A DNA stretch of 64,000 nucleotides from a virus. Under the pieces are notes generated by a model. The model did no database searches and was not told where the DNA came from. It was given only the letters and a program-made list of their open reading frames with translations. Positions 9,461-18,461 of the stretch are shown here, one piece after another. The translations under genes and the position numbers were made by a program. Location of the stretch: positions 64,001-128,000 of the IMG/VR virus record IMGVR_UViG_3300027708_000022; one strand, given 5' to 3'. Every line of letters starts with the position of its first letter. The stretch's first letter is position 1.

Positions 9461-9904
9461 TTACACCGGAATGTCAATTTCAGGGAAGGCTTCTTTACAG
9501 ATTTTAGCCGTTAGGTATTTAATACCCAAATCTTTCTTCAATAAACGAACAAGCAAATCAGCCTCATCTTTATGTAATGCTTCAAGGATGACAATCATCA
9601 ATTGTTCTTGCTTCTTGGTTGTGATTGCTGTTTTCAATGGATGATTAGTAATGAATCTATACATCTTATTCATTTCACTATCAAGGTATGCAAAATTTAA
9701 ACCAGCTGGTTCAACCGCAGGCCGATATGGTGGTGCTTGAATATCGAACTTGACATGGGGGTTTAATCCCATAATCAAAAACTCTTTAAAACGTGGATCA
9801 GCGTGTTTGCGTAAAACTGCAACCCGAGTTTCACGGGTAGTTGCTTTATTAAACTCTTGGAATATTTCGGAATATAACAGATTAGAACTCATCAATGGAT
9901 CCAA
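9461..9904 (-). CDS. conserved T4-like hypothetical protein
   Basis: PPYRP...ILEALHKDEADLL...KDL..KYLT....KEAFP. Confidence 0.65.
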   Translation of the reverse strand: MDPLMSSNLLYSEIFQEFNKATTRETRVAVLRKHADPRFKEFLIMGLNPHVKFDIQAPPYRPAVEPAGLNFAYLDSEMNKMYRFITNHPLKTAITTKKQEQLMIVILEALHKDEADLLVRLLKKDLGIKYLTAKICKEAFPEIDIPV

Positions 9905-10730
9905 TTAAATTAGTTAGTCGGTTTGCTATCATATAATTCAAAAATTCTTGTTTAGTATGAACCTTCGTGGTTTCATAGGTATCTATGATACTTTGTTTTA
10001 GGGTCTCAGGTATTTGTGTTAAATCAATCAGCATTCGATTACGATTGAAATTACGCAACATCAACTCATTGCAAAATTCTTCAGGTGGTTGGTTCATCCA
10101 TTGACCAATCTTAACTTCTGTAATTGCTTTTTGACGAATGCCATCAACGATTACATTATCTGCACTTAGAATATTTGGAATACCATCACCTTTATCACCA
10201 CGAATAATCATCTGTTTCAATTGAGCCGTTGGGTCATTTTCTTTGATAAACTTCTTCATAATAGGCGAGTATTGGTCAACATTTGGATATTTCTGTAATT
10301 GAGCAAAGTCTTTATCAGAGGATAAAATCATCACTTTACTAGAACCAGAATATCGCCTCGTCAATACACCAATGATATCGTCAGCTTCTGCTGTGTCAAT
10401 ATCAAGCACTTTATATGGTGAATGATTCCTAAGCTCATCTTTGATTTTATGTAATACTTCAAAGATAGAAGTCCAATCATGTCCAGAAGCTTCACGGCTT
10501 TTCTTACGAAGTCCTTTGTAAAAAGGAAAGATATCACGGCGCCAATATTTTCTATTGTCGCAGGCAATGACAACTTCCGGGCCATGTGATTGTTTAAATT
10601 TCTTCACATAGGTACGGATAGTATTGAGGATCATGTGGCGAACCAAAACCTCATCAACAGGAGTTTTGGAAGAACCAATTTGTTCCATCAAGTTAGCAAT
10701 AGCTACCTGATTATAATCGAATATTATCAT
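9882..10730 (-). CDS. rnh: T4-like RNase H (5'-3' exonuclease)
   Basis: WRRDIFPFYK, EADDII, SSDKDFAQLQ, IIRGDKGDGIPN. Confidence 0.92.
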   Translation of the reverse strand: MIIFDYNQVAIANLMEQIGSSKTPVDEVLVRHMILNTIRTYVKKFKQSHGPEVVIACDNRKYWRRDIFPFYKGLRKKSREASGHDWTSIFEVLHKIKDELRNHSPYKVLDIDTAEADDIIGVLTRRYSGSSKVMILSSDKDFAQLQKYPNVDQYSPIMKKFIKENDPTAQLKQMIIRGDKGDGIPNILSADNVIVDGIRQKAITEVKIGQWMNQPPEEFCNELMLRNFNRNRMLIDLTQIPETLKQSIIDTYETTKVHTKQEFLNYMIANRLTNLIGSIDEF

Positions 10731-10743
10731 AATGATCCATAAT

Positions 10744-11826
10744 TTATTTTATAACTTTCAATAATATTGTATCACGATTCAGACGACCATTGAGGCAAGA
10801 TTCCTTTGCTTTTACCGATTCGATGACATTACGCAAGAATACCTTAGACCCCTTTACAACTTCAGGCAATATTGCCTCTGGTTTTCGTAAGGTCTTTTGC
10901 ACAGATTTCATTTCGCTAAAATTCAGCAAACTTGTTCCTTTGATACTAAAACCAGCAGCATCTAGAGCATGATAAACACCTAGTTTTCTAGTTTTAACAT
11001 TAAACACCCATAGCTGTGTTGCACCAATAATTGTTTTAGGCACCTCAGACTTCAATTTCAATTCATCATTAGATTCACAGAATTGGACTTTTGCAACTAA
11101 TTGGTCTGCCGATATAGCCTTACGCTTGCGAGGTTTTCTTGTTAATTTGGATGCTTCACTTAATTTCATTGCATCGGTGATAATTAAATCACAGAATGTC
11201 ACAAGCTTTTTTAATTCTGATTTACTGAAATTGGAATAACCTTCTTTCAATAACGAATCATCGGTGCTCAATACTTCATCAAATTCAGCTCTACGTTTAC
11301 GGAAGATTTCAATCAGGCGAGTAGCGTGCATTGCCTTAACTCTATCGTGCATAATGCCGAAAGGTGAAGTTTGCTTCGAGAATTCACTAGTGATATAATC
11401 ATCAATAGCACCTTCCAACTCTCCTGCAACTTCAGAGACTTTTTCCGCTAGTCGGTCTTGTATAGTGACTACTGGAACTTTTTTTGTATCCTCGGTTGTT
11501 TTGGACTCATCCAGAGACATTAACTCGGTAACAGTTTGTTTAAGATTACCAACGGTTGCTTCAGGTAGAATTGTGCCATTGGCAACAATACGACACAAGA
11601 AACCTATTGTAACATAGGTCTTGCTAGTATCCAATTTGCCTAAGATTTTATGTTTCTTGGCATAATCCGCAATGTACTTAGCCGCAGTTTTAGCATCCTT
11701 ACTAGAATGATACCAATTCAGAGCTGCTGAAATTTCACTTTGAGATTCTAACTTTTCATGTTTTGGTTCTGCTGTCTTACCTAAAATACGGTCAATCTCT
11801 TCCGAAGTTTTTATTTGCTTTGCCAT
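10744..11826 (-). CDS. conserved T4-like hypothetical protein
   Basis: 360 aa; IIGA.QLWVFN.KTRKLG.Y, KTLRKPE, NGRLN.DTILL. Confidence 0.7.
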   Translation of the reverse strand: MAKQIKTSEEIDRILGKTAEPKHEKLESQSEISAALNWYHSSKDAKTAAKYIADYAKKHKILGKLDTSKTYVTIGFLCRIVANGTILPEATVGNLKQTVTELMSLDESKTTEDTKKVPVVTIQDRLAEKVSEVAGELEGAIDDYITSEFSKQTSPFGIMHDRVKAMHATRLIEIFRKRRAEFDEVLSTDDSLLKEGYSNFSKSELKKLVTFCDLIITDAMKLSEASKLTRKPRKRKAISADQLVAKVQFCESNDELKLKSEVPKTIIGATQLWVFNVKTRKLGVYHALDAAGFSIKGTSLLNFSEMKSVQKTLRKPEAILPEVVKGSKVFLRNVIESVKAKESCLNGRLNRDTILLKVIK

Positions 11827-12106
11827 TTAATAATTCCTCATAAGTATATTTGCCATAGGAGTCTATGAACATAATACCATTTACCGTTTCTTGTACCGTG
11901 TTACTTATATACTTAGCTGCCTTTAAAACCGATTTTGCATCAGAAAATACGGCACACTTGCCAAACATCTCATTTAGTACAATCGGATTTAAATCATAAG
12001 CCATCGTATCATCATTAAAAGAATCGTAGAGGTAAATATACTTATCTTCTGAATAGGTAACTCGGTAACCGTCTTTTGTGATTAGAATATAAACGCCATC
12101 TTCCAT
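11792..12106 (-). CDS. hypothetical protein
   Basis: ORF track. Confidence 0.55.
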   Translation of the reverse strand: MEDGVYILITKDGYRVTYSEDKYIYLYDSFNDDTMAYDLNPIVLNEMFGKCAVFSDAKSVLKAAKYISNTVQETVNGIMFIDSYGKYTYEELLNGKANKNFGRD

Positions 12107-12321
12107 TATCTTTCCAGAACCACATAGTCTCCGAAATACTTATCGAAAACAGCTACCAAATTCTCATAATCACCAGCCATCATTTCTTCACGGATTTGAG
12201 TTGCATCCAATTCTAATTGTTTAGCAAATCGTACGGCATATCCCATTAAGGCATATGCATTACCATCAGGACCGGTCAGGTCGATTACTCTTTCATATAC
12301 ATCTTTTTTATCACGAATCAT
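12106..12321 (-). CDS. hypothetical protein
   Basis: IDLTGPDGNAYALMG...EMMAGDYENLVAVFD. Confidence 0.65.
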   Translation of the reverse strand: MIRDKKDVYERVIDLTGPDGNAYALMGYAVRFAKQLELDATQIREEMMAGDYENLVAVFDKYFGDYVVLER

Positions 12322-12454
12322 AGTAAATCTCCGTTGGTTAACAGTACCATTGTATCATAGTATAAGACTAATTGCAAGACAAAAAAAAGATAGTGTTGTT
12401 TTTACGCAACACTATCAGGCAAATGGTACTTTCAAATAAATTCAGGATGCTTTG

Positions 12455-12530
12455 TGGGACCAACTGGATTTGAACCAGTGACCCATTTCTTATGAGGAAA
12501 TCGCTGCTAACCTGACTGAGCTATAGTCCC
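12455..12530 (-). tRNA. tRNA-Ile2 (or Met), anticodon CAT
   Basis: ATTTC-CTCATAA-GAAAT; no encoded CCA; flanked by a 12-bp inverted repeat. Confidence 0.85.
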
Positions 12531-12575
12531 ACAAAGCATCCTTTTAAAAAGAATACAAACATTATTTAATTGATC

Positions 12576-13562
12576 TTAATGTCCTAACGTCTTTTTAAAT
12601 TTATGTAAATCTTCATCTTTATCCAAATCAATATGACTCTTATTTAAACCTTTGACTCCATCAGGATGAAAAGCTACTGTTCTAGCACTCTTGTTACCTT
12701 TTTGTTTTTCACGAATTCTCCATTTTCCTTTACCTGAAATAGAAGGTAATCCATGTCCAGTTTCATCTTTATCACCAACCTTATAGGTTCCGTGGCCGCC
12801 AACTTGTAATACATGAACATGATGATCTTTTAAATAACCTTCGGCTGGATGTAAATTTGGATGTTTAATTTCAATTGATTTTGTTCGACCACTAGCGGTT
12901 GTTTCGGATTTTTCTGGATCAGGATCATGTTTATTCATATGTTCTAGAATACCAGATTTTTCAATATGTTTTGCATATTCTGGTCGTTTTGCTTTTTGTG
13001 CATCCTTAATATGCCAACCTTTTGGTTTACCAGTTTTAGTATCCTTCTCTTTACTATGATGAATCGTTAATTGTCCCATGGCTGCGGTTACACCATCTTT
13101 GGTTTCACCGTTAAGTAAGTGTCCTGAAACAACGCCAGCATGAAAATGCCCCTTTTTCTTATTCTCAACCGAGAAATCTGTGCCACTAGTTGAACCGGCA
13201 CCAGATAAATGTTTAGGCATAACACCATGTTTTTTCAATCTATCAACAAAATCAGATTCATATTTGTGGCCTTTGTTACTAGGCTCATCACCGGGTTTAT
13301 GTAACTTGGAAATAGGAATAACATGATGATTGCCAGTTTCATCTTCGGCATGGACATGAATCTTACCATTGATATGTTCAGATTTGTGAATTTTGATAGC
13401 TGAGCCTTTTGGAAGGTCATCATGCTCTTTAGCTAAAACGTGGGTTGGTTTATTTGAACCAACATGAGGGTCAATGTATCTTTTTTTATGGTCCTCACCA
13501 GTTGCACCAGATGCAGTTAAAATTCCACGTGCTTCAATAATAAATGTTTGGAATGAAATCAT
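12576..13562 (-). CDS. His/Lys-rich probable internal virion protein
   Basis: N-terminus MISFQTFIIEA resembles the T4 capsid-targeting sequence; downstream of a late promoter. Confidence 0.6.
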   Translation of the reverse strand: MISFQTFIIEARGILTASGATGEDHKKRYIDPHVGSNKPTHVLAKEHDDLPKGSAIKIHKSEHINGKIHVHAEDETGNHHVIPISKLHKPGDEPSNKGHKYESDFVDRLKKHGVMPKHLSGAGSTSGTDFSVENKKKGHFHAGVVSGHLLNGETKDGVTAAMGQLTIHHSKEKDTKTGKPKGWHIKDAQKAKRPEYAKHIEKSGILEHMNKHDPDPEKSETTASGRTKSIEIKHPNLHPAEGYLKDHHVHVLQVGGHGTYKVGDKDETGHGLPSISGKGKWRIREKQKGNKSARTVAFHPDGVKGLNKSHIDLDKDEDLHKFKKTLGH

Positions 13563-14752
13563 TTTCTCACCTTTAACAAATTTTGTTTAGCAAACTCAGC
13601 ACGATTAACTAATTTATCTGGACCGTGTTTGCTATTAACAACAAAACCCTCTGGTTTAGATTTTTTACCTTCAATATGGTGGTCATAGTCACCCTCATGT
13701 GTTTCTAAAGATTTAACCAAGTGATTCTTTGCTTGAGCTAAATGATGGTGCATTGATAACAAATTAGCATAGTGTTGTTTGTTCTTTTCAACGTGAGCAA
13801 TTTGTTCTGCACCTTCAGCAGTTTTAGCGTTTTTCGATTTCTCAGTCTTAACCTTTGATGCTTCTTTTTCATGATGAGCAGCAAGATGTTCTTTGAATCC
13901 TTTTACATTTGGTACTTCATCATGGCGAACTGTCTTGTTAATATAAGTTGAGAGATGACCAACATCACCAGAATGTTTTGGATGAATAGCATTATACATT
14001 GCATGACCATGAGTATCATGAATTTCTTTTGCTGCATTCATGTGTCTTTGAAAACCTGATTCGTTTTCTTCTGAATGTCTAACCTTTGATGTATCATGTT
14101 CAGCACCATGTAAGTGTACATCAGGATGATGTTTGAATTGACTTATATCTACATGAGGAGATGATGATAAACTTGCAATATCTTTACCATGATACTGTTG
14201 ATGAACAACTACGCCAATCTTTGATCTTTTAATTGCTTTAGCGTTTTGACCCTTGGCTGTGTAAGTAATTGTATTAGGCGTGAAAGAAACATCACCCTTT
14301 GCTTCAAGAATGAAAGATTCATGAATCCTGTGATCTTCGCTTGTATGCATCAAATCACCGTGAAATACTCCAGTTTTTGGTGATACTTTCTTCAGATGGT
14401 CAAGTGCGGTATGTAATTTAGAAGCAAGACCTGGAGCATGACCATGATTTCGATCAATATCTTCATGAGTATGGTTGATTTTTGGATTCTTGTTACCGAT
14501 AGATTTAGTGGCAACGAAGAACTTACCATTCTCCGGGTGATGACCAAAAACAATTGCTGGAGAACCATCATACTTCATTGTCAAGTTGGAACTTTGGCGT
14601 CCAGCTTTCATATGAGCATGAGCATTCATTAAAGCAGCATGAGCTTGTTCAAATCCAGCGTGACCATGCATCAATGGACGATCTTCTGGATGAGTAATAT
14701 GCTGAAGTTTACCTTCGGTTTCTTCTTTTAGAAAAGATTTAAAATTTAACAT
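13559..14752 (-). CDS. His-rich probable internal virion protein
   Basis: MLNFKSFLKEE N-terminus; HITHPED, TMKYDGSPAIVFG, EGFVV, KLVNRAEF. Confidence 0.65.
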   Translation of the reverse strand: MLNFKSFLKEETEGKLQHITHPEDRPLMHGHAGFEQAHAALMNAHAHMKAGRQSSNLTMKYDGSPAIVFGHHPENGKFFVATKSIGNKNPKINHTHEDIDRNHGHAPGLASKLHTALDHLKKVSPKTGVFHGDLMHTSEDHRIHESFILEAKGDVSFTPNTITYTAKGQNAKAIKRSKIGVVVHQQYHGKDIASLSSSPHVDISQFKHHPDVHLHGAEHDTSKVRHSEENESGFQRHMNAAKEIHDTHGHAMYNAIHPKHSGDVGHLSTYINKTVRHDEVPNVKGFKEHLAAHHEKEASKVKTEKSKNAKTAEGAEQIAHVEKNKQHYANLLSMHHHLAQAKNHLVKSLETHEGDYDHHIEGKKSKPEGFVVNSKHGPDKLVNRAEFAKQNLLKVRK

Positions 14753-14795
14753 GGTTTTTCTCGATTACTTTATAAAAGTATAAAAAGTTATCTTA

Positions 14796-14803
14796 TATTT
14801 ATA
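14796..14803 (-). promoter_or_regulatory. T4-type late promoter TATAAATA
   Basis: Exact match ~45 nt upstream of the 14752 start. Confidence 0.7.
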
Positions 14804-14838
14804 TTAAAATAATTTACTACTTATACAAAAATATAAAT

Positions 14839-14915
14839 TGGTACGGATGACGGGACTCGAACCCGTAGAACCTTAATTTTAAGTCAAGTATGTAAACCAA
14901 TTCCATCACATCCGC
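14839..14915 (-). tRNA. tRNA-Leu(TAA), short variable arm
   Basis: CTTGA-CTTAAAA-TTAAG; GTTCGAGTC; CCA. Confidence 0.88.
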
Positions 14916-14920
14916 ATTAC

Positions 14921-14995
14921 TGGCACCCCCAGCAGGAATCGAACCTACGTTTACCCTTTAGAAGAGGGATGTATTTTCCACTATACTATGGGGGC
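14921..14995 (-). tRNA. tRNA-Arg(TCT)
   Basis: CCCT-CTTCTAA-AGGG; CCA. Confidence 0.9.
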
Positions 14996-15000
14996 ATTAC

Positions 15001-15077
15001 TGGTGCCTCAGGCGGGACTCGAACCCGCAGAATTTCGCTTCTAAGGCGAACACGGCTACCAATTACGTCACCGAGGC
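15001..15077 (-). tRNA. tRNA-Leu(TAG), short variable arm
   Basis: TTCGC-CTTAGAA-GCGAA; CCA. Confidence 0.88.
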
Positions 15078-15078
15078 A

Positions 15079-15312
15079 TTACCTACGCATCTTCCAAGTG
15101 TATTCTTCACCACTTGGGAGTTTTCCATCTTCTACTGAATCAACACCCATCTTACCAACTTGGTTTGGATTCTCACCAACCATAGTGACATAAGAAGCAC
15201 GACCAACATTACGCAAATGGTTAGTTAATGTTAACGCTTCAACCATATCAATGTAATCTTGACTACACGCTTGTCCATTAGGATTTGTCCAATACACTTT
15301 GTACATAATCAC
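15079..15312 (-). CDS. hypothetical protein within tRNA array
   Basis: ENPNQVGKMGVDSV.DGKLPSGEEYTWKMRR. Confidence 0.6.
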   Translation of the reverse strand: MIMYKVYWTNPNGQACSQDYIDMVEALTLTNHLRNVGRASYVTMVGENPNQVGKMGVDSVEDGKLPSGEEYTWKMRR

Positions 15313-15325
15313 CTTATATAATACT

Positions 15326-15401
15326 TGGTGCTGCCCACAGGAATCGAACCTGTTTCAACGGTTCTTCAAACCGCCGCTATGACCACATCAGCTAGAGCAG
15401 C
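15326..15401 (-). tRNA. tRNA-Phe(GAA)
   Basis: GCGGT-TTGAAGA-ACCGT; CCA. Confidence 0.9.
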
Positions 15402-15407
15402 ATAACT

Positions 15408-15482
15408 TGGTACATCGTGACGGGATCGAACCGCCGACAATCTCGGTGTAAGCGAGGAGCTCTACCGCTGAGCTAACGATGC
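15408..15482 (-). tRNA. tRNA-Val(TAC)
   Basis: CTCG-CTTACAC-CGAG; CCA. Confidence 0.9.
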
Positions 15483-15494
15483 ATTAATTCACTT

Positions 15495-15568
15495 TGGGGT
15501 GACTACTGGGAGTTGAACCCAGACTAGCAGAATCACAAACTGCGTTGCTACCGTTACAACATAGTCAC
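15495..15568 (-). tRNA. tRNA-His(GTG)
   Basis: Loop TTGTGAT, C discriminator, CCA. Confidence 0.88.
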
Positions 15569-15623
15569 ACCAAAATGAATTAACATTTTGGACTTGGTGT
15601 TGCGTACACCAAGTAAAACGATA

Positions 15624-17030
15624 TTAGACCTTGTATCGGTCAGACATAATGGCTTTCAACATGATAGCTTCTGGAGTAAACTCTGAAGTATCTGCTGCAA
15701 GAATTGCTTTAACGATTGAAGGACTGAACCCTGAAACCAAAGCAACACCTGATTCATCATGCTTAACAGGTACGTTATCTGATGAATTGATATTCCAAAA
15801 AACAACTTTAGGAACTTCATAGCCATTTGAGGCGAATTGACGAGCAATCATCTCCATGGCCGAATCATCATGTTCTACGCAAGCATTGAATTGCATATCA
15901 GACAGAATCAACAGCATTGATGGCATATCTTCCTGTGGTACTTTGCCTTTTACAGCAACATTTAAAATCTTCATCATGGCTTTCACCAAGTCAGTAGACA
16001 TACCCCATTCGGATCTAACCATTTGATCCATCTTCTGAATGACATTACCTTTTAGGTTAAGCAATTGCGGATCACTTGAGAATGTTAAAAAGGTGTCTTT
16101 GAAAACTCCTTTGTTCTTATCTGCAAGGTATAGACCAAGAGATACAGAAACATCCATACATGATACTGAACTGTTACGACCAGCAGGGCATGACATAGAA
16201 CCAGAAACGTCAACTAAAGGTAATACATTCGCATCACCAACAAAATTCTCTAAAGCATCCCATTGGGCTACAATGTGGTCTTTTTCGGTTTTGTTGTATG
16301 AACCGTATGCTACGCCTTTCAATACATCATAAGGGAATACTGCACCAGCATTCACCTTAACTTTTGGATCGGTACCTTTAACCAATTCAGCCACATACTC
16401 CGCAAACTTTTCAGTATTACGGTAGAATGCTTTCTTGTAACGGCTAGCCGCCAAAGAAGGCACATGACTGAAATTGATGTTATCCCAATCCTTAGCACAC
16501 ATTTGAGATTCTACCACTTTAGTCATTTCAACCAAAGACTTACGATAGAACTTAGGTGTCATGCCGAAGAACTCACGCAATTCACGAGCAACTTCACCTT
16601 TGCGGGGTGTCCATTTTGCCGCCAATCCGTTTTTAGCTCTCAGAGCATCACCAAGCAAAGTGTATGCTTGTGACTTCAATTCAGAAGTCTGGAAAACAAA
16701 TAGGTCATCCCAACGACCAACTTCAGGTACTTTCCCAAGTAGCTTCATTGCCAAATCAGGACGATTGGTTTCCAAATACTTCAGAATCTGGCGAAACAAC
16801 TCACGCTCGCCAGCGCCACCACGAACATCACGAGACCATAAGGCAACTCGCAATGCTAATTCTTCATCCTGCACCAAAGCAGAAACGAAGTCAGCTGTGA
16901 TATCTTTACCGCGGCTGGCACCGATTTTATAGAACAAATCAACTACAGCATTAGCAGTAGATTTGCGAGCTTTCATACCATTGTCGGTACGAGCTTCTTG
17001 ATTTTGAACTGCGTTTACAAATGAATTCAT
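15624..17030 (-). CDS. TROVE/Ro60-related protein (DUF2828-like) with C-terminal vWA domain
   Basis: RDVRGGAGER, GRWDDL, AAKWTPR, VPSLA in the helical part; MIDAS motif VDVSGSM, ILSDMQF, VFWN, SGFSP. Confidence 0.8.
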   Translation of the reverse strand: MNSFVNAVQNQEARTDNGMKARKSTANAVVDLFYKIGASRGKDITADFVSALVQDEELALRVALWSRDVRGGAGERELFRQILKYLETNRPDLAMKLLGKVPEVGRWDDLFVFQTSELKSQAYTLLGDALRAKNGLAAKWTPRKGEVARELREFFGMTPKFYRKSLVEMTKVVESQMCAKDWDNINFSHVPSLAASRYKKAFYRNTEKFAEYVAELVKGTDPKVKVNAGAVFPYDVLKGVAYGSYNKTEKDHIVAQWDALENFVGDANVLPLVDVSGSMSCPAGRNSSVSCMDVSVSLGLYLADKNKGVFKDTFLTFSSDPQLLNLKGNVIQKMDQMVRSEWGMSTDLVKAMMKILNVAVKGKVPQEDMPSMLLILSDMQFNACVEHDDSAMEMIARQFASNGYEVPKVVFWNINSSDNVPVKHDESGVALVSGFSPSIVKAILAADTSEFTPEAIMLKAIMSDRYKV

Positions 17031-17049
17031 AATATTACTTCCTCAATTT

Positions 17050-17101
17050 AACAGGTTAACTTTTTCAAGTTGGCTTTGAATTTTATTGCTGAACTTAACC
17101 T
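17050..17101 (-). ncRNA. CAGCAA-motif small RNA, copy 1
   Basis: AGGTTAA-GTT-CAGCAA...TTAACCT-GTT. Confidence 0.55.
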
Positions 17102-17107
17102 AAAAAC

Positions 17108-17206
17108 AACAGGATGGTTTCTACTTTTTGTTTTTCAAGTGAGAAAATCGAAACTCACTATCCGATGGCGATTTTACCCGCCGAGTATTTTTGCTGCACC
17201 CATCCT
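17108..17206 (-). ncRNA. CAGCAA-motif small RNA, copy 2
   Basis: AGGATGG-GTG-CAGCAA...CCATCCT-GTT with two internal hairpins. Confidence 0.55.
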
Positions 17207-17212
17207 AAACCT

Positions 17213-17286
17213 TGGAGCGAGATATCAGAATCGAACTGATAACAACAGATTGGAAATCTATAGTTTTACCATTAAACTAATCTCGC
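17213..17286 (-). tRNA. tRNA-Gly(TCC)
   Basis: ATAGA-TTTCCAA-TCTGT; CCA. Confidence 0.9.
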
Positions 17287-17295
17287 CTACTTAAA

Positions 17296-17772
17296 CTATG
17301 CTGCTTTATCTAATACGAATTTTAAACGATCCGCAGCGAAAGATGCGGCAAACGCTTGAGGTTTTACCAGAGGGATAACATTACACATACCTCTAATATA
17401 CCCAACTGCCTCATTGATAACGCATGAACTACCGTGCATTTCATCAGGATTAATATCCAAATGTACCTCAACATCACGGTCTTCCAAAACGTCTTTTAAC
17501 TTCAAATATAATTCGGCAATTTTATATACTTCCGTCATTAATCTCATTCTTGGTTTATCTTTTCTTTGATCCCAATCTCTTTCAGTTTGGACTTCACCAA
17601 AGATTTTACAACCATTCTTACCATTAATATGTACTACAATAGCTAAAGTGTAATCAGCATACCAATCTTTACCAATGAGGAAACGAGCCGAGTCCGCACC
17701 GATATAAATCTTAGTCTCAGGACTTTGTGCTTCAATAAACTCTTTCACTTCATTAACATCAATCTTACGCAT
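17296..17772 (-). CDS. RNase H-like YkuK family protein
   Basis: IYIGADS, RLMTEV, VHLDIN, VKPQAFAASFAADR. Confidence 0.75.
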   Translation of the reverse strand: MRKIDVNEVKEFIEAQSPETKIYIGADSARFLIGKDWYADYTLAIVVHINGKNGCKIFGEVQTERDWDQRKDKPRMRLMTEVYKIAELYLKLKDVLEDRDVEVHLDINPDEMHGSSCVINEAVGYIRGMCNVIPLVKPQAFAASFAADRLKFVLDKAA

Positions 17773-17795
17773 GATTACTACTCCTTTTAAAAACT

Positions 17796-17869
17796 TGGAG
17801 CGGGTAGAGAGAATCGAACTCTCAAATATTCCTTGGCAAGGAATTAGGTTACCTTTACATCATACCCGC
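17796..17869 (-). tRNA. tRNA-Gly(GCC)
   Basis: ATTCC-TTGCCAA-GGAAT; CCA. Confidence 0.9.
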
Positions 17870-17875
17870 ATAACT

Positions 17876-17950
17876 TGGCACCGCCCGAAGGATTCGAACC
17901 CTCACCAGCTGATTTGGAGTCAGTTGTGCTGCCGTTGACACTAGAGCGAT
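17876..17950 (-). tRNA. tRNA-Trp(CCA)
   Basis: CTGA-CTCCAAA-TCAG; CCA. Confidence 0.9.
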
Positions 17951-17957
17951 ATAATAC

Positions 17958-18020
17958 AACAGGATAGATTTTAACGGTTTTGATTAGAAGTCAAATGTTT
18001 TAATTTGCTGTTACTATCCT
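17958..18020 (-). ncRNA. CAGCAA-motif small RNA, copy 3
   Basis: AGGATAG-TAA-CAGCAA...TTTGA-CTTCTAA-TCAAA...CTATCCT-GTT. Confidence 0.6.
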
Positions 18021-18025
18021 AAAAC

Positions 18026-18102
18026 TGGTACAGAGTATTGGGCTTGAACCAATGACCTACGCCTTATCAAGACGTTGCTACTACCAACTGAGCTAACTCT
18101 GC
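18026..18102 (-). tRNA. tRNA-Ile(GAT)
   Basis: ACGTC-TTGATAA-GGCGT; CCA. Confidence 0.9.
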
Positions 18103-18111
18103 ATTAATACT

Positions 18112-18186
18112 TGGAAGGTCCTGAAGGAATCAAACCTTCACTTTTTCGTTCGTAGCGAAATGTAATATTCATTTTACTAAGGACCT
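18112..18186 (-). tRNA. tRNA-Arg(ACG)
   Basis: TTTCG-CTACGAA-CGAAA; T-loop TTTGATT; CCA. Confidence 0.85.
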
Positions 18187-18192
18187 AAAACT

Positions 18193-18269
18193 TGGTGGTG
18201 AAAGTAGGATTCGAACCTACGACCGTTACCGTATGAAGGTACTGCTCTACCAAACTAAGCTACATCACC
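18193..18269 (-). tRNA. tRNA-Met(CAT), probably elongator
   Basis: TACC-TTCATAC-GGTA; CCA. Confidence 0.85.
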
Positions 18270-18282
18270 ATAATGTTCTTTG

Positions 18283-18357
18283 TCTGGATAGTAGGATTTG
18301 AACCTACAGCCTCCTCGTTCCAAACAAGGCCGTCTACCAGATTGACAATATACCCAG
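18283..18357 (-). tRNA. tRNA-Pro(TGG)
   Basis: CCTTG-TTTGGAA-CGAGG; no encoded CCA; flanking inverted repeat. Confidence 0.88.
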
Positions 18358-18379
18358 ACAAAGAACACTACCTAAAAAA

Positions 18380-18454
18380 TGGTGGACCGTGAGAGAATCG
18401 AACTCTCAATTTCTGGTTGCAAACCAGATGTGTTCCCATTAGCACTAACAGCCC
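18380..18454 (-). tRNA. tRNA-Ala(TGC)
   Basis: TCTGG-TTTGCAA-CCAGA; G3:U70; CCA. Confidence 0.9.
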
Positions 18455-18461
18455 TCTAAAC

